A stretch of DNA of 64,000 bases from a virus (lineage: Duplodnaviria > Caudoviricetes), in IMG/VR virus record IMGVR_UViG_3300030376_001612, positions 1-64,000 of that record; one strand, given 5' to 3'. Below are positions 30,433 to 39,935 of this stretch, piece after piece. The position numbers and the translations under genes were made by a program. How positions within the stretch are numbered: the first letter of the stretch is position 1; each line of letters opens with the position of its first letter. A model generated the notes under the pieces. It did not search any database. It saw only the letters and a list, made by a program, of their open reading frames with translations, and was not told the DNA's origin.

Positions 30433-30963
30433 ATGATAAGTACTAAAAATAAAAGTTATATGTCACCAGATGAAAGAAAAGCAAAAGTTAAAAAGTTGCG
30501 TGAGACACACCAAGCGTGGTTTAATGACAACAAGTTAACTGATGCACTATACATACCTAAGATGGCTTACAGGCCACCTGGTAAGGATGAACTGCATGTC
30601 AGCTTCTTTCCTAGTGAACTAGAGAAAGATGAAGACGTGTACACTGAATTTGTAAGTATTGATTATGAATCAGAAGACCCAAAAAGGACTTTATATCTAC
30701 ATAAACGTAATTCACATTGGCGTGAAGAATATGAATTAGTAGAGAGTAAGTCTGGTTATCAAAGACATTTGATACCGGTCAGTGAATTAGTAGTGATTAG
30801 AGATATCACAGACAATGCAGCAAAAGTTATAGAAGACTTTGCTAACTTGCCTGATCCTGATAATAAAAAAGATCCTACTGTTAAAGATGTGCTTGGAGAG
30901 ATTAATGCTTCTTTACAAGCTATAAATAAAACAATGTATCACATATTAAATAAAATGAATTAA
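30433..30963 (+). CDS. Hypothetical protein
   Basis: ORF track. Confidence 0.65.
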   Translation: MISTKNKSYMSPDERKAKVKKLRETHQAWFNDNKLTDALYIPKMAYRPPGKDELHVSFFPSELEKDEDVYTEFVSIDYESEDPKRTLYLHKRNSHWREEYELVESKSGYQRHLIPVSELVVIRDITDNAAKVIEDFANLPDPDNKKDPTVKDVLGEINASLQAINKTMYHILNKMN

Positions 30964-31647
30964 ATGGCACAATCTGTATTAATTATTGCTGACTCAGGCA
31001 CAGGTAAATCAACAAGTATGAGACACCTAGATCCTAAGTCAACTGTTATAATCAACATTGCTAATAAGCCTTTACCTTTTAAGGGCTGGAAGAGCAAGTA
31101 TACTGTAATGAACAAAGATAATCCAAAGGGTAATCTTGTAGCTGTTTCATCTGCTGCTGGTATAGGCAAAGCAATGAAACATGTAAATGATAATATGCCT
31201 CACATCAAGACATTAGTTGTTGATGACTGGCAATATATGAGTTCTTTTGAATACTTTGATAGAGCAAATGAGAAAGGCTATGATAAGTTCACTCAAATAG
31301 CGGCTAACCTTGCACAAATAGCAAAGATGCCTAAAGATATGAGAGATGACCTTACTATATATTTCTTAACTCACTCAGAAGATTCAACTGATATTAATGG
31401 TAACCGTAGAGTTAAAGCAAAAACTGTTGGTAAAATGATAGATAATGCATTAACTTTGGAAGGTCTCTTTAGTATTGTCCTATTTGGGAAAGTAGTAAAG
31501 GATGACAAAGGTGTATATCATTATGGGTTTGATACCCAAAACAATGGAGAAAACACATGTAAATCTCCAATGGGTATGTTTGAAGATTCATTCATACCAA
31601 ATGATCTTGCATACGTGAATAAATGCATAGATGAGTATAATAATTAA
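30964..31647 (+). CDS. AAA_24/Sak4-like P-loop ATPase
   Basis: ADSGTGKST, LVVDD, KAKTVGKM, TCKSPMGMF. Confidence 0.8.
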   Translation: MAQSVLIIADSGTGKSTSMRHLDPKSTVIINIANKPLPFKGWKSKYTVMNKDNPKGNLVAVSSAAGIGKAMKHVNDNMPHIKTLVVDDWQYMSSFEYFDRANEKGYDKFTQIAANLAQIAKMPKDMRDDLTIYFLTHSEDSTDINGNRRVKAKTVGKMIDNALTLEGLFSIVLFGKVVKDDKGVYHYGFDTQNNGENTCKSPMGMFEDSFIPNDLAYVNKCIDEYNN

Positions 31648-31669
31648 TTAATTAAAATTTAAAGAAAGT

Positions 31670-32347
31670 ATGTTAAGTACAAAAGACATGTCCGCTGGAA
31701 GCGGCAGAGTAAAACCAGTAATGGGTTCAGGTAACAATGTTATCAGAATCAACAGTGTAACATTTGATGTTACTCCATATGATGCAGATGCATATAATAT
31801 TGTATTACATGTAGAAGGTAAACCAGAAGAAGGAGAATTCCAAGGTTTCTTGAAAGATGTAGCTAATCCAGAAGGCCCAAGATATGAAGGTCAAGTTGGT
31901 AGAATTAGATTTGCTCCATATCCATACAAGGATACTACATTACCAAGTGGTGTAGAAATATCTAGAGATAATGAAGTACTTAAAGCTATGATTTATCTTA
32001 GTGAAGTACTAAATAAAAGAGATGCTTTAGATAAGATTGAGGCAAATACCATAGAAGACTTTATGGTTGAGTGCAATAAGTTATTCTCTAACAGTGAGTT
32101 CTTTAATGCTTGTATTGGCGGTAGAGAGTGGGAAAACAAAGACGGTTATGTAAACCTAGATCTGTTCTTACCACGTATGTCAAAAGATGGGATACCATTA
32201 GAAGCTCTAAATAAAGAGAACAGCAGACTACTAACATTCAATGAAAAGGATCACTTGAGAAGAATTCAAAAGAAAGAAAGTTCTTCTACAGGTAGTTTTG
32301 AGCCAGCAAAGACAACAGTAAATGCTGGTGATGACTTTGATTTGTAA
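31670..32347 (+). CDS. Putative single-stranded DNA-binding protein
   Basis: Between Sak4-like ATPase and primase; acidic GDDFDL tail. Confidence 0.55.
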   Translation: MLSTKDMSAGSGRVKPVMGSGNNVIRINSVTFDVTPYDADAYNIVLHVEGKPEEGEFQGFLKDVANPEGPRYEGQVGRIRFAPYPYKDTTLPSGVEISRDNEVLKAMIYLSEVLNKRDALDKIEANTIEDFMVECNKLFSNSEFFNACIGGREWENKDGYVNLDLFLPRMSKDGIPLEALNKENSRLLTFNEKDHLRRIQKKESSSTGSFEPAKTTVNAGDDFDL

Positions 32348-32361
32348 ATATTAATAATGAT

Positions 32362-32396
32362 AAGGGGTGGTTTTCGTGGTTGACTTCCACCCTTTT
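32362..32396 (+). terminator. Terminator-like hairpin
   Basis: GGGTGG...CCACCC-TTTT. Confidence 0.55.
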
Positions 32397-32419
32397 GATT
32401 TATTTATTATATTTATAGA

Positions 32420-33397
32420 ATGCTAAATACAAAAAACTTAGTATCAAGAGAATCAAATGTACCTAGTTATTGGGTATTCCAACACTATCTAACACTATCA
32501 GAAACACTTACGGGTCAAGACATTAAAATTAAATCTGTATTTAATCCTACTGAGAGAACACCATCAATGTGTATCTTTGTAGACAAATCTATAATGCAGT
32601 ATAAATTTAAATGCTTTTCTACTGGTAAGTATGGAAGTAAGATAGATCTTGTGAAAGAATTGTTTAGTATAGATTATTCACAAGCAGTAACCCGGATAGT
32701 AGAAGACTATAATAAATATGCTAAGACAAACGGATCTGGTAAAACAGATTTTAAAATAGCTGCAAAATGGAAAGTTGACTTTATAAAAGAAAGAAGTTGG
32801 TTTGACATTGACGCTGAATATTGGCTAGCATATAATATTGGCAGTAGTTTATTAAAGGAATATAACGTTAGACCTATAGACTACTACAATATGGTCAAAG
32901 AAGATGATGGTGAAATCAAATCATTACAAATTAAAGGTAAACACATGTATGGTTACTTTGATAAAGAAGGTAATATCTATAAGATATATCAACCTCTATC
33001 AAAAAGGCATAAGTTTCATAAGGTTAAACCCTATTTACAAGGATATGACCAATTGAAATTCAATCAGCCTTATTTAGTTATATGTTCATCACTTAAAGAT
33101 GCAATGTGTCTTAAGAGCTTTGGGTTCAAACTTGAAGTAATTGCACCTGACAGTGAGAATACAATAATAAAACCGTATATTGTTGAAAATTTAAAGAAGA
33201 AGTATAAGAAAGTAATAACATTGTTTGACAATGATGAAGCAGGCAAAAAAGCTATAGATAAGTATAAAGAGATGTATAACTTAGATGGCTGCTCACTGAA
33301 TAATTGTAAAGATATTTCAGATGCTGTAAAGCAACACTCTGCACAAACAATTGCACATTCTCTTAGATCTCTTTTAATAACAACCTTAAAACAATAG
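32420..33397 (+). CDS. dnaG: DNA primase (TOPRIM)
   Basis: ERTPS, SSLKDAM, FDNDEAG, KDISD. Confidence 0.85.
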   Translation: MLNTKNLVSRESNVPSYWVFQHYLTLSETLTGQDIKIKSVFNPTERTPSMCIFVDKSIMQYKFKCFSTGKYGSKIDLVKELFSIDYSQAVTRIVEDYNKYAKTNGSGKTDFKIAAKWKVDFIKERSWFDIDAEYWLAYNIGSSLLKEYNVRPIDYYNMVKEDDGEIKSLQIKGKHMYGYFDKEGNIYKIYQPLSKRHKFHKVKPYLQGYDQLKFNQPYLVICSSLKDAMCLKSFGFKLEVIAPDSENTIIKPYIVENLKKKYKKVITLFDNDEAGKKAIDKYKEMYNLDGCSLNNCKDISDAVKQHSAQTIAHSLRSLLITTLKQ

Positions 33398-33399
33398 TT

Positions 33400-33870
33400 A
33401 TGAAGTGGTTTATACCAGGTAATGTACCAAGTAGTAAGAACGGAAGAAGATGGACAGGCAAATATTTTATTGCAAGTAAGACTGTAATGAATTATAGAAA
33501 GAAAACAAAACAGTATTTTGAACAATATGGTCCTTTGTTTGCAAAGGAACTTGAAAAATACAAACTCCCTGTCAAAATAGCTTTCACTTTTATTAGAGGT
33601 ACAAGACACAAGTTTGATTATATAAATCCTGCACAAACAATACAGGATGATATGGTTAAGCACGGATGGATTGAAGATGATGATATGAATCATATAGTAC
33701 CAGTGTTCCCTGAATACAGGTATGACAAAGTAAATCCAGGTGTATTTATAGAAATCTTAAAAGAAGAAGAAGAAAATGTACAATCAAAAGGACATAGAAA
33801 AGACAAACATATTAAAGACAGCACTACTTCAAAAGCTAAAAGATCAAGGAATAGCAGAAATACAAATTAA
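33400..33870 (+). CDS. RusA-like Holliday junction resolvase
   Basis: VPSSKN, FDYINPAQTIQD...WIEDDD. Confidence 0.7.
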   Translation: MKWFIPGNVPSSKNGRRWTGKYFIASKTVMNYRKKTKQYFEQYGPLFAKELEKYKLPVKIAFTFIRGTRHKFDYINPAQTIQDDMVKHGWIEDDDMNHIVPVFPEYRYDKVNPGVFIEILKEEEENVQSKGHRKDKHIKDSTTSKAKRSRNSRNTN

Positions 33871-34249
33871 TTTCTCTGGTTCTGGTGACAGTGGGGATAT
33901 AGATGAAGTAGAATATATAGACATGAATGGACTTAGTTCATGGCAACAAGGGTATCAAGGCCCTGAGAATCCAAATGAAACTGAAGATCAAATAAGAGAC
34001 CTATTCTATGATAAGGTAGATTATGAAGCGTGTAAGCACGGTGACTGGGTAAATAATGAAGGAGGTTATGGTAACTTGACTATAAATACAGATACCGGTT
34101 CATTTGAGCTTCAGTATTATCAAAGAACTGTAGAGTCTTATACAAGTGAAGGTGACTCAGTGTTTGATAAATTTGACAACAGTTTTGATGATATACCATT
34201 ACAATATAAAGTAAGGATGGGTCAGCTGCCTGGTACATACCAGCAGTAG
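33776..34249 (+). CDS. DUF6878-like protein
   Basis: FSGSGDSGDID, DWVNNEGGYG. Confidence 0.65.
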   Translation: MYNQKDIEKTNILKTALLQKLKDQGIAEIQINFSGSGDSGDIDEVEYIDMNGLSSWQQGYQGPENPNETEDQIRDLFYDKVDYEACKHGDWVNNEGGYGNLTINTDTGSFELQYYQRTVESYTSEGDSVFDKFDNSFDDIPLQYKVRMGQLPGTYQQ

Positions 34250-34259
34250 ATTTTTTTGT

Positions 34260-34283
34260 CCTATTTATATTTCTCCCTAGCTG
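34260..34283 (+). promoter_or_regulatory. Conserved 24-bp motif, copy 3
   Basis: CCTATTTATATTTCTCCCTAGCTG. Confidence 0.65.
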
Positions 34284-34303
34284 AAATTTGATAATTTATT
34301 TAT

Positions 34304-34651
34304 ATGGCACACCCGCTACTACACAGCAAGAGTTCTTGCAGGAAGTGGGGTGGACAAACTAGTGACTATGAACCAATACATAATTGGTTTGATGACACTA
34401 AAAGATGGTTGGGTCACTCTAATCACCGTATGTTCCGCCACCACTCTGAAGGGATCTTTGAAGCAGAACAAATATTTGGAAAAAGTTTTATCAACTCAGA
34501 TGGTAAAACAGTATATACAAGATATGTTGGAGAACAACATGTAAAAGAAGATTGCAATGGTTATATACCATCTGCAAAAGAATGGATGACATGTATAATG
34601 GGTAATGTCAGACCTAAATGGATGAGAAAAGCCCAACTAATTAATGATTAA
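34304..34651 (+). CDS. DUF6915-like His-rich protein
   Basis: MAHP..HSKSS, IHNWFD, HR..RHHSEG, EQHVKED. Confidence 0.7.
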   Translation: MAHPLLHSKSSCRKWGGQTSDYEPIHNWFDDTKRWLGHSNHRMFRHHSEGIFEAEQIFGKSFINSDGKTVYTRYVGEQHVKEDCNGYIPSAKEWMTCIMGNVRPKWMRKAQLIND

Positions 34652-35001
34652 TGGAAAAAGAAGATTTTAAGAATATACAAGCACTATTGAATGGTGCACC
34701 TGATGATTATGAGATTGCATTATCTAATATTAAAAATATGAAACCTCATGAAATCTTTATACTATTACTTGGCAAAGACCTTGTAAGTGAGAAACGCGCT
34801 AATTTTATTAAAGAGTTTCCTGCAATAAATTGGCCTGAAGGTAAAGACTTTACTTATAGGGCTTTATATAAAAGATGTAAGAATATGCCACCTAAAGTAC
34901 AGGAGGTTTTTACAGATATAATATCTAGACAAATATACAATGGATATTTGTGTGAGACATTTGAATTTGTAGAAGAACTAAAAATAGAGATAAAATGGTA
35001 A
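34651..35001 (+). CDS. Hypothetical helical protein
   Basis: ORF track; translationally coupled. Confidence 0.6.
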   Translation: MEKEDFKNIQALLNGAPDDYEIALSNIKNMKPHEIFILLLGKDLVSEKRANFIKEFPAINWPEGKDFTYRALYKRCKNMPPKVQEVFTDIISRQIYNGYLCETFEFVEELKIEIKW

Positions 35002-36146
35002 GAGAATATTTATCTAAAGCAATTAAGACACTAATACTTGAGGAGCCCTTTTACGGGCTCTTTATTGTTGGTCTCAATAAAACATATAGAACAGACATAC
35101 CTACAGCAGGTGTAAGTCAAAATGGTATAGGAGTACAACTAGTAGTAAATCCAGAGTACCTTGAGAATCTTAATGAAGATCAAAGGAAAGGATTACTTAA
35201 ACATGAAGTTCTTCATATATCATTTGGTCACTTGCTTACAAGGAATCTCTATAGTGATAAGCAATTATTTAATATTGCTGCAGATATAGAGATTAACCAA
35301 TATATTACAGAACGTTGTTTGCCAGAAGGAGGATTAACATTAAATAGTTTTCCTGAACTTAATTTGCCGGCTAAAGCAGGTACTGATAAGTACTATGAAT
35401 TATTACAGCAAGCTAAGAAAGATAATACATCTCCATCTCTTGATAATTTATTAGGTCAAATGGATGGTAATAGTCAGTATTGTCATAATACATGGGATGA
35501 GTTTGATAATCTACCTGAGTCAGAAAAGAAACTGATTAAGAAACAAGTGGAGCATCAGATAAAAGAAGTGGCACAACAAACAGAAAAGAGAAGAGGAAAC
35601 ATACCAGGAGAATTGGCAGAGTTAATACGTAAATTATTAAATATTACTCCACCTAAATTCAATTGGAAAGCTTATCTAAAAAGATTTGTAGGTAACTCTA
35701 GTGTAATATATACTAAGAAGCTTAGAAGGAAGTATAACAAAAGGTATAGTGAAAACCCAGGTTTGAAGATTAAAACTAAAAACCACGTATGTGTTGGTGT
35801 AGATACTTCTGGCTCAGTATCAACTAATGAGTTGATAGAATTTATGAATGAAATAAACCACATGCATAAGACGGGTCATAAAATTACAGTGGTACAGTGT
35901 GATACACAGATCACATCTATTGAAGACTTTAATCCTAAAAAGGATTGGGGTATTAAAGGTAGAGGAGGGACAGACTTCCAACCGGTGATTGATCACTACA
36001 ACCAAAGTAATTATACAGCACTAATATATCTAACAGATGGTGAAGCTTATACTCCACAAAACTGTCCTAAGAACGCATTATGGGTTCATAGTAGTCAATG
36101 TAGAATAAATGAAGAGTTACCAGGATTAAAAATACAATTAAATTAA
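34995..36146 (+). CDS. Metallopeptidase-like + vWA protein (DUF2201 type)
   Basis: HEVLH, NIAADIEIN; MIDAS DTSGS, GRGGTDF, YLTDG. Confidence 0.85.
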   Translation: MVREYLSKAIKTLILEEPFYGLFIVGLNKTYRTDIPTAGVSQNGIGVQLVVNPEYLENLNEDQRKGLLKHEVLHISFGHLLTRNLYSDKQLFNIAADIEINQYITERCLPEGGLTLNSFPELNLPAKAGTDKYYELLQQAKKDNTSPSLDNLLGQMDGNSQYCHNTWDEFDNLPESEKKLIKKQVEHQIKEVAQQTEKRRGNIPGELAELIRKLLNITPPKFNWKAYLKRFVGNSSVIYTKKLRRKYNKRYSENPGLKIKTKNHVCVGVDTSGSVSTNELIEFMNEINHMHKTGHKITVVQCDTQITSIEDFNPKKDWGIKGRGGTDFQPVIDHYNQSNYTALIYLTDGEAYTPQNCPKNALWVHSSQCRINEELPGLKIQLN

Positions 36147-36152
36147 AATAAA

Positions 36153-37433
36153 ATGGCAGAAGTAAATTTAAATATAGATGAATTAAAAGGGTTTGTTAAT
36201 CACATGATAACAAACAATAGACATATAAGAAAAGAAGGTAAGAATCCTGTCTCAGTAGAAATACTTGGTGAATCAGGTATTGGTAAAACTTCTACGGTTA
36301 TAGAGCTTGCTCAGGATAATAACCTAGACTTTGTAAAATTGAATCTATCACAGATAGAAGAGATAGGTGACCTTGTAGGATTTCCTGTACGTCAGTTCCA
36401 AATGTACAAAGAAAAGCAAATACCTGTAAAGAGCAATAGTTCTGATTTACAAATGGTAACAGCAACACAAAGAGCTGGAGGCGCTAGTCTTGCTAACTTA
36501 AGTACTACAAACACAGTTACAAAAAAAGTTGGTATGTGGGTAGATGAGTTAGCTGTGCAAGAATATCTTAAGCAAGGTTATATGATGACAGGCAAAAATA
36601 GAATGTCTTACTGTGCACCTGAGTGGATTGCTGATAAGAAGAAAGGTGGTATACTATTGCTAGATGACTGGAACCGTGCTGATATGAGGTTTATACAAGC
36701 TGTAATGGAGTTGGTTGACAGACAACAATATATATCATGGACATTACCTGAGGACTGGCATATTATATTGACAGCAAATCCAGATAACGGTGATTACATG
36801 GTAAATAGTGTTGACCCAGCACAAAAGACTAGATATATTACAGCTAATCTTAAGTATGATATAAATGTATGGGCTAGATGGGCAGAAGAAGCAGGTATAG
36901 ATACAAGATGTATTAACTTCTTGTTGCTACATCCTGAACTTGTGACACAAGAAACTAATGCAAGATCTATTACAACGTTCTTTAATGCAATATCAAGCTT
37001 TGAAAAGTTTGAGGATAACTTAACATTGATACAGTTGATTGGAGAAGGTAGTGTAGGAGACGCATTTGCTTCAATGTTTACAACATTTATTAATAATAAG
37101 CTAGATAAACTTGTGACACCAATGGATCTGTTAACTCATGATAATGAAGAATATATTCTTGGAGAGTTAAAAGGCTGTATTGGTAATGGAGACACATATC
37201 GTGCTGATATTGCGTCTACATTAGCAACAAGATTTGCAAACTATGCTGTAGTATATTCTAAAGATAATACTATAAATGATAAAGTAACAAATAGAATTGA
37301 GTCACTTGTAACAAAAGATTACTTTACTAATGACTTAAAATATCTAATTGTTAGAACCATCTATAATGGTAATAAGCAAAAGTTTAGTAAGCTTATGATG
37401 AAACCTGAAGTAATTAAAATGACAATGAAATAA
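36153..37433 (+). CDS. MoxR-like AAA+ ATPase
   Basis: GESGIGKT, LLLDDWNR, ILTANP, DPAQKTR. Confidence 0.85.
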   Translation: MAEVNLNIDELKGFVNHMITNNRHIRKEGKNPVSVEILGESGIGKTSTVIELAQDNNLDFVKLNLSQIEEIGDLVGFPVRQFQMYKEKQIPVKSNSSDLQMVTATQRAGGASLANLSTTNTVTKKVGMWVDELAVQEYLKQGYMMTGKNRMSYCAPEWIADKKKGGILLLDDWNRADMRFIQAVMELVDRQQYISWTLPEDWHIILTANPDNGDYMVNSVDPAQKTRYITANLKYDINVWARWAEEAGIDTRCINFLLLHPELVTQETNARSITTFFNAISSFEKFEDNLTLIQLIGEGSVGDAFASMFTTFINNKLDKLVTPMDLLTHDNEEYILGELKGCIGNGDTYRADIASTLATRFANYAVVYSKDNTINDKVTNRIESLVTKDYFTNDLKYLIVRTIYNGNKQKFSKLMMKPEVIKMTMK

Positions 37434-37435
37434 TT

Positions 37436-38455
37436 ATGAGTAAATACATTTTTAAAACTGTTCCTAAAAATGTATTAGATCATCACAACTTAGCAGACAC
37501 TAGTAAATTACACTATGTGTCTGCTTATGGTGATCTAATGCCTGTTTATTTGGCACAGGATCCAACACTAAGAGATACGCTTGTAGAGAAACTTAAAAAA
37601 TCTAATACAAGTACACTTGTTGGACAGGGATACAAGAAAGCTTTTATAATACCAGACTGTCCTGCAAAACTAGACAGAATGAAAATGGCATTAAAAGAGC
37701 ATAAAATAACTATAACAAATGATATAGATATTGCAGATGTAATTGTGACACACAACAACTTGTCAGATAGTTATGAAAGCAGTGCAAATATTAATAGTAA
37801 AAAACTATTTGCTGCTTTATGGAACTATAATGCATACCATATACCCGGTACAGAAAAAAGCTTGGTTTATCAAACAGATAAAGATCAAGATAAGTATGGT
37901 GGTACTTGGTCATGGGATGATGAGGATACAGATAGTATATATGAAATGGATTACTTCACAGGGCTTGGATTAGAATTATCTAAGAAATATGATGAGGCAT
38001 TTCCATTTGTAGACATAGAAACTGTTCTAGAAGAATCATCAACAAGGCAAACTCTTACAAAAGAATTGCTAGACTTGTTAATATCACAACACCGTGCAGG
38101 TGGTGATGATAGAGAATTAGCATTAAAGCTATTACCAACAGTAGATTGTAATAAAAACCATCATTTTCTGTGGGAACTATCTCAACAGATTGGTCATGAT
38201 ATATACTATGAAAGAAGAAACAAAGACCTAGGTTACTGGGTAAGACATAGTAAAGTCAATGACTATATGGATATGAGTGCAGAACAAATGATTATTTGGT
38301 TAAAAGAAAATGATTTACTAACTTCAAACTCATTCAGATACTTAGAACCCATTGTAAGAAAAGAGATACAAATTCACAATAGAGAATTATATGTCTTTAA
38401 ATGTATGGTAAAACCTGAGTTTTCTGAATACTTAAAATTAAATACAAATGAATAA
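37436..38455 (+). CDS. Hypothetical protein (BRCT-like segment)
   Basis: KITITNDIDIADVIV; paralogous to next gene. Confidence 0.6.
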   Translation: MSKYIFKTVPKNVLDHHNLADTSKLHYVSAYGDLMPVYLAQDPTLRDTLVEKLKKSNTSTLVGQGYKKAFIIPDCPAKLDRMKMALKEHKITITNDIDIADVIVTHNNLSDSYESSANINSKKLFAALWNYNAYHIPGTEKSLVYQTDKDQDKYGGTWSWDDEDTDSIYEMDYFTGLGLELSKKYDEAFPFVDIETVLEESSTRQTLTKELLDLLISQHRAGGDDRELALKLLPTVDCNKNHHFLWELSQQIGHDIYYERRNKDLGYWVRHSKVNDYMDMSAEQMIIWLKENDLLTSNSFRYLEPIVRKEIQIHNRELYVFKCMVKPEFSEYLKLNTNE

Positions 38456-39659
38456 AGCATATGAATTAAAAATTAATAAAGTATCTGATCGTGTACAAAT
38501 AAAAGGATCAGTTAATAATATTGGCTATTGGATTGGAGAAAAGGTATCATGGAAAGATCCTGTTCACAGTATAGTAAAACTGGATATTGCAAGTGAGCCA
38601 GATATGATTGAAATCCAAAATGCTAAACTATATAGATATCCAAAACTTTCATTACCAAGAGTCAAAGTAGAAACTTTGAAAGAAAAGTATGATGTTAAAG
38701 TAGTTAGAGACAGTAATAAAGCAGACTATAGTATTGTATCTAACAAGATGATAGAAGATTTACTAACAGTAAGTTGGCGTTCATACTATAATAAAGAACT
38801 ACTTGGTTTATTTATTAAGTGTCTTGATGTATTCAAAGATAAAGATATGTATTCAAATCAGTTTTATGATAATATAAAGTCCTTCTATGAAAACATTGAG
38901 GATAATGATAGAATAGATATTAACGTTAGCCTAGGATGGAATAATGATAATACTCATTTAGAAACATTTTCTCAAGCTTGGGATAAAGCATATCAACAAT
39001 ACTACAAAGGAATAGAAAGAACATATCACTCTGATGTAATATTAGCAAATGAAAATGTAAGCGCATTTCAAAATTTACAAAAGGAAAAGCTAGTATTAGA
39101 TAAGTGTATTAATAGAATATGTAATGAAGATGCTCATGTAATAACTGAAGATGAAGTTATTACTACAATGCAGATGATAAATTCTGGAGATGAAACATCT
39201 CGTTCATTAGCTGTTGAGATGCTTGCAAATTGTAATGTTGAGGAGTGCTTTGATAAAGTTGCTTACATGTGGACATTTGGTTATGATACAATTAGGTATG
39301 CTACAAACTGGAATACTGTAAATGTGAAAGCATTGAAAGAACGTATGCTAGATGTTACACCTCAGCAGAGTCAGATACATCAAATATACATGTATGAACA
39401 TTTAATAAGGGCTCTTATAAAAGAACAATCTTTTACAGAATGGGCTTGGAATAAATTACAAGAGGATATATACAATAATGTTATTAAGAGTTATGGTTTG
39501 TCTAATAAGAACAAAGATCATGATAACGTTATAGATATAAATATTGCTGATATAAAACTATCAGATAAATATTCAAGCTGTATTGTAAAAGAAGAATCAG
39601 GTAAAGAAATCTTAGATGAGATTACTCAGCCTGATGGATTTGATGATTTACCATTTTAA
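38448..39659 (+). CDS. Hypothetical protein (BRCT-like segment, DDLPF tail)
   Basis: VKVVRDSNKADYSIV; ends GFDDLPF. Confidence 0.6.
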   Translation: MNKAYELKINKVSDRVQIKGSVNNIGYWIGEKVSWKDPVHSIVKLDIASEPDMIEIQNAKLYRYPKLSLPRVKVETLKEKYDVKVVRDSNKADYSIVSNKMIEDLLTVSWRSYYNKELLGLFIKCLDVFKDKDMYSNQFYDNIKSFYENIEDNDRIDINVSLGWNNDNTHLETFSQAWDKAYQQYYKGIERTYHSDVILANENVSAFQNLQKEKLVLDKCINRICNEDAHVITEDEVITTMQMINSGDETSRSLAVEMLANCNVEECFDKVAYMWTFGYDTIRYATNWNTVNVKALKERMLDVTPQQSQIHQIYMYEHLIRALIKEQSFTEWAWNKLQEDIYNNVIKSYGLSNKNKDHDNVIDINIADIKLSDKYSSCIVKEESGKEILDEITQPDGFDDLPF

Positions 39660-39661
39660 TT

Positions 39662-39823
39662 ATGGGAGATCTAGGACATTTTGGAACTAACGCTAGAGAG
39701 CTTGAGCGCAAGAGTATCATAGATGAAATTCTTAAGCTTAAGGCTCTACCGTATAGTTCAAAGAGAAAACTTGAAATACAGAAACTTCAACAAAAATTAA
39801 ATAATTATGACCGAAGAGGATAA
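39662..39823 (+). CDS. Small hypothetical protein
   Basis: Own translation, 53 aa. Confidence 0.45.
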   Translation: MGDLGHFGTNARELERKSIIDEILKLKALPYSSKRKLEIQKLQQKLNNYDRRG

Positions 39824-39935
39824 AAAATACAGACAGGGTAGAAGAAAAGAGCAAGTAGAAGGCCATGCTAAAGCAGCAATGCTTGGTATAGTAGGTATAG
39901 TATTAATATTGTTTATTATAGGATTATCACAATGA
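39807..39935 (+). CDS. Small membrane protein
   Basis: Own translation, 42 aa with C-terminal TM; ATGA overlap with next gene. Confidence 0.5.
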   Translation: MTEEDKKYRQGRRKEQVEGHAKAAMLGIVGIVLILFIIGLSQ

